Part shown: positions 58,708 to 64,000 of the stretch, piece by piece
How positions within the stretch are numbered: the first letter of the stretch is position 1
Layout of the letters: every line of letters begins with the position of its first letter
NCBI GenBank assembly: GCA_032156805.1
Contig: JALDXQ010000009.1
Coordinates: 3,540 to 67,539, forward strand
Direction: 5' to 3'
DNA: 64,000 nt
DNA from: Acidobacteriota bacterium
GTDB lineage: Bacteria; Acidobacteriota; Vicinamibacteria; Vicinamibacterales; UBA2999
Program-made: the position numbers and the translations under genes
Notes under the pieces: generated by a model
What the model saw: only the letters and a program-made list of their open reading frames with translations
What the model was told of the DNA's origin: nothing
Databases searched by the model: none

Positions 58708-60825
58708 TCACCGCACCCTGATCTGGATATCCCGACTCACGACGGCATCCGGGCTGACGCGCGAGCGGCCTTCGACGTGGATCACGTACAACCCCGGCTC
58801 GACGTCCTGGAGTGGCAGTCGCGCCTGGAATCCGTAGCCACCGCTGGTACCTTGCAGTTCCGTCGACGATCGTTCGTCGGTCACGCCCTGGACCACGCGC
58901 CCGCCTTCGGCTCGCAGCTCCGCCTTGAAGTCGAGCATGTGCACGGCCGCGCCGCGCGCGTTCTCGTAGAACTCGGCGAAGAGGACGAGGAGATCGCCTC
59001 TCTCGAACTCGCGCTCGGCTGTCGGCGGACCGGGAAGGAAATCGCCCAGCGGATCCTTCGGCTTGATGGTGGGAGCCTGCCCTGCCGACGCCGCAGTCAG
59101 TGCGATGCCGCTCATCACGAGCGGCCCTTTCGTGAAGTCGGGCACTTCAAGGTCGTACACGACGCTGCCGGCCTTGCCGGACCTGTTCCCCGCCGCGACA
59201 CGAATCTGGTAACGGCCCGGAGGCAGACTTGCCTGCGACAGCACGCGGAACCCATTCGCCTGTGCCCGTTGGTACGTATCCGGTTTCAACGTCAGCGTTG
59301 CCGTCTGCCGCTCGCCCGGGAACAGCTTGCCCTGGTTGTTCATCGCGGTGAACGCCACTTCGACCTGCTCGTTGAACGTTCCGCCTTTTTCAACGAAATC
59401 CAGGTTTCGAACGTCCATCTCGACGACCATCGCGATGGCCGCGTTCGGTGCGGTGCCCTTGAACGGTGCAGCAAAGACCTTGATTGGCACGCCAGCCATG
59501 GGCAGCGGGCTGCCGAGCGCTTCGGAGATCGCTGGCGCCAGCGCGTTCGGCGATGTCGCCTCCTTGGGTTGTGACGGTGCGCGGCCGCGCGCTTCGAAGT
59601 ACCCACTCCGGTTTCTCACGCGCAGTCCGGGCCGCTTGACGCGCACCTCGAGCTTTCTGAAACGGCCATTGCGACGATCGTTGTTCGAGTAGAACCCCAG
59701 CATGTAGTAGCTGCTGTTCTCACTGACGATGCGATCGAAAGCGCCGTCGAGATCGTTCTGGTTGACGGCGGCAAACCCGCCGGTGCTGTCGGCCAGCACC
59801 CGCAGGCTGTCCTGCGACAGCCGCAACTCGTTCTGGATCGACCGTGAACCGGCATCGCCAACCGTTCCAGCCACCTCGATGAGATCGGCCTCGGCGTTGG
59901 CCAGGCCTCTCGGGTCGAGGGCGTAGATGCTCACGTTGCCGCGCGTGGCCGCGGCAATCGCATCGTGCGTGTCGAGGAGCACTGACGAGGCGGTCGACCC
60001 GAGAATCCCGACGGCTTCGTAGATGTCGTAGTCGACACCCTCGCCGATCAGGAGCAGCGACTTGCGCCGACCGCGAACGCCTGACATGAACTCCGAGAGC
60101 TTCCGAACCGAGTTCGCCATCGAGCGAGCGCGGAAGGCGCGATCCATCTGTTCGATGTCATCGCCCGGCTCGAGTATCCCAGTCCCCGGATTGACGCGGG
60201 CGCTCTGGATCCGTTCGAGCGTGGCAGAACGGAGCTTTCGTCCCTGGAACTTGTTGATCGCGCTGATGAGAAGGCGAGGGTTATTGGTGAAATCCTGTCC
60301 GTCGCCGGCACGGCCGGTATAGGCGACTGCCGCCAGGTCGTTGGTACCGAAATTCTGTTCGATGAATCGAACGGCCGCCGCCTTGACACGCGGCGTTCGA
60401 GTGAATTCGGTGTGCAGATCGTCCAGCACAATCAGATAAATGCGCCCTTCAACCGACTCGTTGCTCTGGACGTCGGCCTCGATCGGCGCGGCCGCAAACA
60501 GCGGCCGTTCGGCGCGCTCAATCGGGATGTTGATCAGCGCAAACGAGGACACGTCCTGTCGCCGGCCGTCCTCGAACAACTCGAAGTCGTCTTTCGTCAG
60601 GTCGCGGATCGGTACTCCTTGCGCGTCGGTCACAACCGCGTCGACCTCGACGTAGTTGACCTCCACCCGGAACGTCACCGGCGGTTGGTCCGGCGTCTGT
60701 GCAGCGGGCTGTTGCGCAGACGGCTGCTGTGCGGGTGGCTGTTCAGGCGCGGGTTGCTGCTGCGCCACGAGCAATCCACCGCTGAGAGCGGCGAGGGTCA
60801 GGGCGAACGCAAGTCGCTGTTTCAT
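58708..60825 (-). CDS. VWA-domain protein of the Acidobacteria-type VWFA-related family
   Basis: Trimmed to MKQRLAFALTLAALSGGLLVAQQ (ATG at 60825). FRVEVNYVEVDAVVTDAQGVPIRDLTKDDFELFEDGRRQ matches what I recall of TIGR03436. The VWA core is IYLIVLDD. Confidence 0.75.
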   Translation of the reverse strand: MKQRLAFALTLAALSGGLLVAQQQPAPEQPPAQQPSAQQPAAQTPDQPPVTFRVEVNYVEVDAVVTDAQGVPIRDLTKDDFELFEDGRRQDVSSFALINIPIERAERPLFAAAPIEADVQSNESVEGRIYLIVLDDLHTEFTRTPRVKAAAVRFIEQNFGTNDLAAVAYTGRAGDGQDFTNNPRLLISAINKFQGRKLRSATLERIQSARVNPGTGILEPGDDIEQMDRAFRARSMANSVRKLSEFMSGVRGRRKSLLLIGEGVDYDIYEAVGILGSTASSVLLDTHDAIAAATRGNVSIYALDPRGLANAEADLIEVAGTVGDAGSRSIQNELRLSQDSLRVLADSTGGFAAVNQNDLDGAFDRIVSENSSYYMLGFYSNNDRRNGRFRKLEVRVKRPGLRVRNRSGYFEARGRAPSQPKEATSPNALAPAISEALGSPLPMAGVPIKVFAAPFKGTAPNAAIAMVVEMDVRNLDFVEKGGTFNEQVEVAFTAMNNQGKLFPGERQTATLTLKPDTYQRAQANGFRVLSQASLPPGRYQIRVAAGNRSGKAGSVVYDLEVPDFTKGPLVMSGIALTAASAGQAPTIKPKDPLGDFLPGPPTAEREFERGDLLVLFAEFYENARGAAVHMLDFKAELRAEGGRVVQGVTDERSSTELQGTSGGYGFQARLPLQDVEPGLYVIHVEGRSRVSPDAVVSRDIQIRVR

Positions 60826-60910
60826 ATGTGTTAATAGGAGCGGGCCGGCACCCACGATTCTAGTCCCTTTCCCGGTTCTTGCGGTCCGGTGGGGCGGAGG
60901 TGCGAAAGAG

Positions 60911-60964
60911 CGATGGTCCGGTCCGATGGTCTGGTCCGGTGGTCCGGTGGTCCGATGGTCCGGG
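60911..60964. repeat. Tandem octamer array (GTCCGRTG-like, about 6 units) in a divergent intergenic region
   Basis: CGATGGTCCGGTCCGATGGTCTGGTCCGGTGGTCCGGTGGTCCGATGGTCCGGG. Partial inverse units (GACCATCG, CACCATCG) lie at 60990-61025. Confidence 0.8.
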
Positions 60965-61044
60965 ACGTCGGCCTGGGACCCGCCCGACTGGACCATCGCA
61001 TCCGACCCGTCGCACCATCGCACCGTAGGGCTAAAATCATCCTC

Positions 61045-62226
61045 ATGTCTCTCGACGTGCCAGCCGTCCAGGACCAGTTGCGCAAGTCAGGGCTGGACGG
61101 GTGGCTGCTCTACGACTTTCACGGTTCCAACCCGATTGCCGCCCGCCTGGCGGGTCTGACTGACGGGACGCACATGACCACGCGGCGCTGGTACTACCTG
61201 ATTCCCGCGACCGGCCAGCCGCGCGCACTCGTCCATGCCATCGAGCGTCATAATCTCGACGCGCTGCCGGGCGAACGGACCGTGTACTCCGGCCGCCAGC
61301 AACTCGACGCCGGGCTGACGAAGCTTCTGGCCGGTCTCCGGACCGTCGCCATGGAATACTCGCCGCTCTGTGCCATCCCGTATTTGTCGCGTATCGATGC
61401 CGGAACCATTGAAATGGTCCGTGCCCGAGGGGTTGACGTCGTTTCCTCGGGTGATTTCGTCCAACAGTTCGAGGCGGCGTGGACGAGCGATCAACTGGCC
61501 ACACACCGGGCCGCGTCGGCAGCGCTCTATCGCATCAAGGACCGGGCGTTTGCGGTAGCCTCCGAGGCGATCGCTCGGGGCCAGTCGCTGACGGAGTACG
61601 CGCTGCAGCAGCAGATGATGAACTGGTTCGAGGAGGAAGGGCTGGTCACTGATTCCCCACCCGTCGTTGCCATCGGTGGCAATGCCGGCAACCCCCACTA
61701 TTTACCAACGGCTGAACAGTGCCGGGTCGTGGTGGCGGATGAAGTGCTGCTGCTGGACCTTTGGGGGAAGAGAAGGGACAAGGGCGCAGTGTTTGCAGAT
61801 ATCACGTGGGTCGGCGTAACTTCGAAATCGGTCCCTGCCGAGGTTTCCCGCGCGTTTCGTGCCGTGGCCGATGCCCGTGACGCGGCCGTCACGCTGGTCA
61901 CTGATGCGGCGCGTGAGGGTCGTGACCTTCGCGGATTCGAAGTGGATGAGGCGGCACGCGCGGTGTTGACAGGCCGGGGATACGCCGACCGCGTGATGCA
62001 CCGTACGGGGCACAGCCTTGGTGAATCCGTGCACGGCAACGGCGTCCACATGGACGACTTCGAAACCCATGACGACCGGCGGGTTCTGCCGGGGACCGGC
62101 TTCACGGTCGAACCGGGGCTCTATTTCGAGAACTTCGGCGTCCGGACCGAGATCAACGTTTATCGTGGAGAGCACGAGGCAATCGTGACAGGGGCGCGAC
62201 AGAACGAGGTCGTGACGCTACGATGA
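61045..62226 (+). CDS. M24-family Xaa-Pro aminopeptidase/dipeptidase
   Basis: Trimmed to the ATG at 61045. HRTGHSLGESVHGNG, GFTVEPGLYF, and VRTEINV (metal ligands of the pita-bread fold). Confidence 0.85.
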   Translation: MSLDVPAVQDQLRKSGLDGWLLYDFHGSNPIAARLAGLTDGTHMTTRRWYYLIPATGQPRALVHAIERHNLDALPGERTVYSGRQQLDAGLTKLLAGLRTVAMEYSPLCAIPYLSRIDAGTIEMVRARGVDVVSSGDFVQQFEAAWTSDQLATHRAASAALYRIKDRAFAVASEAIARGQSLTEYALQQQMMNWFEEEGLVTDSPPVVAIGGNAGNPHYLPTAEQCRVVVADEVLLLDLWGKRRDKGAVFADITWVGVTSKSVPAEVSRAFRAVADARDAAVTLVTDAAREGRDLRGFEVDEAARAVLTGRGYADRVMHRTGHSLGESVHGNGVHMDDFETHDDRRVLPGTGFTVEPGLYFENFGVRTEINVYRGEHEAIVTGARQNEVVTLR

Positions 62227-62381
62227 CCTAGCGGGCAGATGGGACAAAGTCGGCCTTTCGCGTGAAATGGAAAAGGTCGACAATAGAGTTTAGCCGCGCG
62301 GAAGCGCGGCCAAGAGATATGGAACCCGCTCCGGGCTGCGAAGATATCAGCAGCAGAGTCCGGGCTGGTTTGGAGGCTCCG

Positions 62382-63920
62382 ATGTCCAACCGACGAAACA
62401 CCTGGTTCTACGCACTGCTCATTGCGATGACCTCGGCCGCCGCCGCGCTGGTCATTGCCTCCCGGCTGGGCCTGGCGCCCGATTCGGCCGCGCAGACGAC
62501 GGCGGCTGCCCCGCCGATGAACAGCGCCCCGCTGACGGGACCATTGACGGCAAGTACGTTCCGCGACGTGGCCAAGACGGTCATGCCGGCCGTCGTCAAC
62601 ATCCGGACCGAATCGCGGCAGCGCCAGCAGGACCTCAGTGAGTTCTTCGGTGGCAGTGATCTGTTCGATCGCTTCTTCGGCCAGCAGGAACCGCGCGGCG
62701 GTGGCGGGCAACGGCCGCGCGAGCAGGTCGTGCAGGCGGCCGGCACCGGCTTCATCATCGACAAGGCGGGCTTCATCCTGACCAACCATCACGTTGTCGA
62801 TGAAGCCACCACGATCAAGGTGTCGCTCTACGGCGGAGACGACGATCAGGAATACGACGCGAAAGTCATTGGACGCGATCCGCTGACGGACAGCGCGTTG
62901 ATCGAGTTGACGGAGAAACCCGACCACACGCTCCCCGAGGCGAAGTTCGGCGACTCGTCGCAAATGCAGCCAGGTGACTGGGTGATGGCCATCGGCAATC
63001 CGTTCGGCTTGGCACATACGGTCAGCGTTGGCGTGATCAGCGCGCTCGAGCGACCGTTTGCCGTCGCCGAAGGACGTTCGGCACAGGTTCTCCAGACTGA
63101 CGCGGCGATCAACCCTGGCAACTCGGGTGGGCCGCTCCTCAACCTGCGCGGCGAGGTCATCGGTATCAACACCGACATCTACACGGACGCGAGACAGCAG
63201 GGCAACATCGGGATTGGTTTCGCGATTCCGAGCAACACCGTGCGGGAACTGCTGCCGCAGTTGCGCTTGGGCAAGGTTACGCGCGGCCGCATCGGTGTGT
63301 CAGTGGGCCCGGTGCTGCGCGAAGCCGTCGACGAGTTCGGCTTGAAGGATCGCAAGGGCGCGGTGGTGCAGAGCGTCGCACCTGACAGCGCCGCCAGCAA
63401 GGCTGGCCTCGAACCCGGCGACGTGATCGTTCAATACGGCGGCAAGCCCGTGAACTCACGCGACGAACTCGTTCGCATGGTCGTCAACACGAAGCCGGGC
63501 ACTACCGTGCCGCTTCGGATCATGCGCGATCGACAGGAGCGGACGCTGAGCATCACGGTCGATGAGCTCAACCTCGAGGCAGAGAGCCCAGCGGCTCGCG
63601 GAGGCGGCCGCGACAACGACCCGGCGCAGGAGACCAGCAGCGGCTTCGGCATCACACTGCAGAACGTGACGCCCGAGATCGCTCGCAGGCTGCGCCTCGA
63701 GAACCGCACCGGCGCGGTCATCACCGAAATCGAGCAAGGCAGCCCTGCCGCGCGGGCCGGTCTGCAACCCGGGGACGTCATCGTCCGCGTCGGTCGCCAG
63801 CCGGTTGAATCGGCAGGCGATGCTCAGCGGGAACTGGCCCGCATTGCCTCGGGCGGAACCGCGTTCCTGCGCGTGATTCGCGGTGGTCAGGAGACGTTCG
63901 TCACCATCACGAAGGAGTAG
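62382..63920 (+). CDS. htrA: HtrA/DegP-family serine protease with two PDZ domains
   Basis: Trimmed to the ATG at 62382 (GGAGG upstream). Catalytic triad contexts LTNHHVV, DSALIEL and GNSGGPLLN. Two LEPGDVIV / LQPGDVIV PDZ motifs. Confidence 0.9.
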   Translation: MSNRRNTWFYALLIAMTSAAAALVIASRLGLAPDSAAQTTAAAPPMNSAPLTGPLTASTFRDVAKTVMPAVVNIRTESRQRQQDLSEFFGGSDLFDRFFGQQEPRGGGGQRPREQVVQAAGTGFIIDKAGFILTNHHVVDEATTIKVSLYGGDDDQEYDAKVIGRDPLTDSALIELTEKPDHTLPEAKFGDSSQMQPGDWVMAIGNPFGLAHTVSVGVISALERPFAVAEGRSAQVLQTDAAINPGNSGGPLLNLRGEVIGINTDIYTDARQQGNIGIGFAIPSNTVRELLPQLRLGKVTRGRIGVSVGPVLREAVDEFGLKDRKGAVVQSVAPDSAASKAGLEPGDVIVQYGGKPVNSRDELVRMVVNTKPGTTVPLRIMRDRQERTLSITVDELNLEAESPAARGGGRDNDPAQETSSGFGITLQNVTPEIARRLRLENRTGAVITEIEQGSPAARAGLQPGDVIVRVGRQPVESAGDAQRELARIASGGTAFLRVIRGGQETFVTITKE

Positions 63921-63964
63921 GCTCTCGGCTCTGGGCCTCTGGGCTTCAGGCTCCCGGGATTCAC

Positions 63965-64000
63965 GGCCTCGGCTGCTTTCGCAGCCGGGGCCTTTCTTTT
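63965..64000 (+). terminator. Rho-independent terminator after htrA
   Basis: GGCCTCGGCTGC-TTTC-GCAGCCGGGGCC, followed by TTTCTTTT. Confidence 0.75.

Overview
High-GC bacterial chromosomal window (about two-thirds G+C by eye, not computed), dominated by a near-complete flagellar regulon. All protein calls come from motif and family recognition by eye on the supplied translations; no database search was run.

Layout:
- 1-4341 (minus): a nonulosonic-acid (pseudaminic/legionaminic-type) sugar operon with a DegT aminotransferase, a PseG-like protein, a HAD hydrolase, a NeuB/PseI-like synthase and an ATP-grasp gene. It is divergent from fliC-fliD-fliS-orf (4650-7944, plus).
- 8024-10302: an APC permease and a GNAT gene.
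- 10320-39956 (minus): 38 consecutive genes, in transcription order flgB-flgC-fliE-fliF-fliG-fliH-fliI-fliJ-flgD-flgE | fliK | fliL-fliN-fliO-fliP-fliQ-fliR-flhB-flhA-flhF-flhG-fliA-fliM-fliY(like)-orf-orf-flgF | flgG-flgA-flgH-flgI-flgJ-flgM-flgN(like)-flgK-flgL-fliW-csrA.
- 40138-44872: a regulatory block with an orphan receiver protein, a sigma-54 (NtrC-type) response regulator, a sensorless histidine kinase, and cheY-cheX-HDOD.
- 44977-63920: mixed housekeeping and unknown genes. These include a DUF2236-like protein, a DAACS transporter, tRNA-Leu(CAG), an ACAD-fold enzyme, secreted unknowns, alpha-glucan phosphorylase, GltS, an Acidobacteria-type VWA protein, an M24 peptidase and HtrA.

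Not seen: CRISPR arrays, transposases, integrases, recognisable defence genes, or motA/motB stator genes.

Most noteworthy observations:
1. A stand-alone MshEN-like (putative c-di-GMP-binding) protein with an N-terminal Cys cluster is embedded between the switch and rod genes.
2. A promoter hierarchy can be read directly from sequence: two sigma-54-type and four sigma-28-type promoters, one of them inside flgJ and one driving an orphan receiver.
3. The fliC leader carries a GGA hairpin plus a GGA-containing Shine-Dalgarno (SD) sequence, and a fliW-csrA pair is present.
4. FlgD is only 88 aa.
5. A conserved ~55-nt element plus hairpin precedes both flgG and fliK.
6. Several families of short dispersed or tandem-oligomer hairpin repeats are present.

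The likely taxon is Acidobacteriota; this is inference only.
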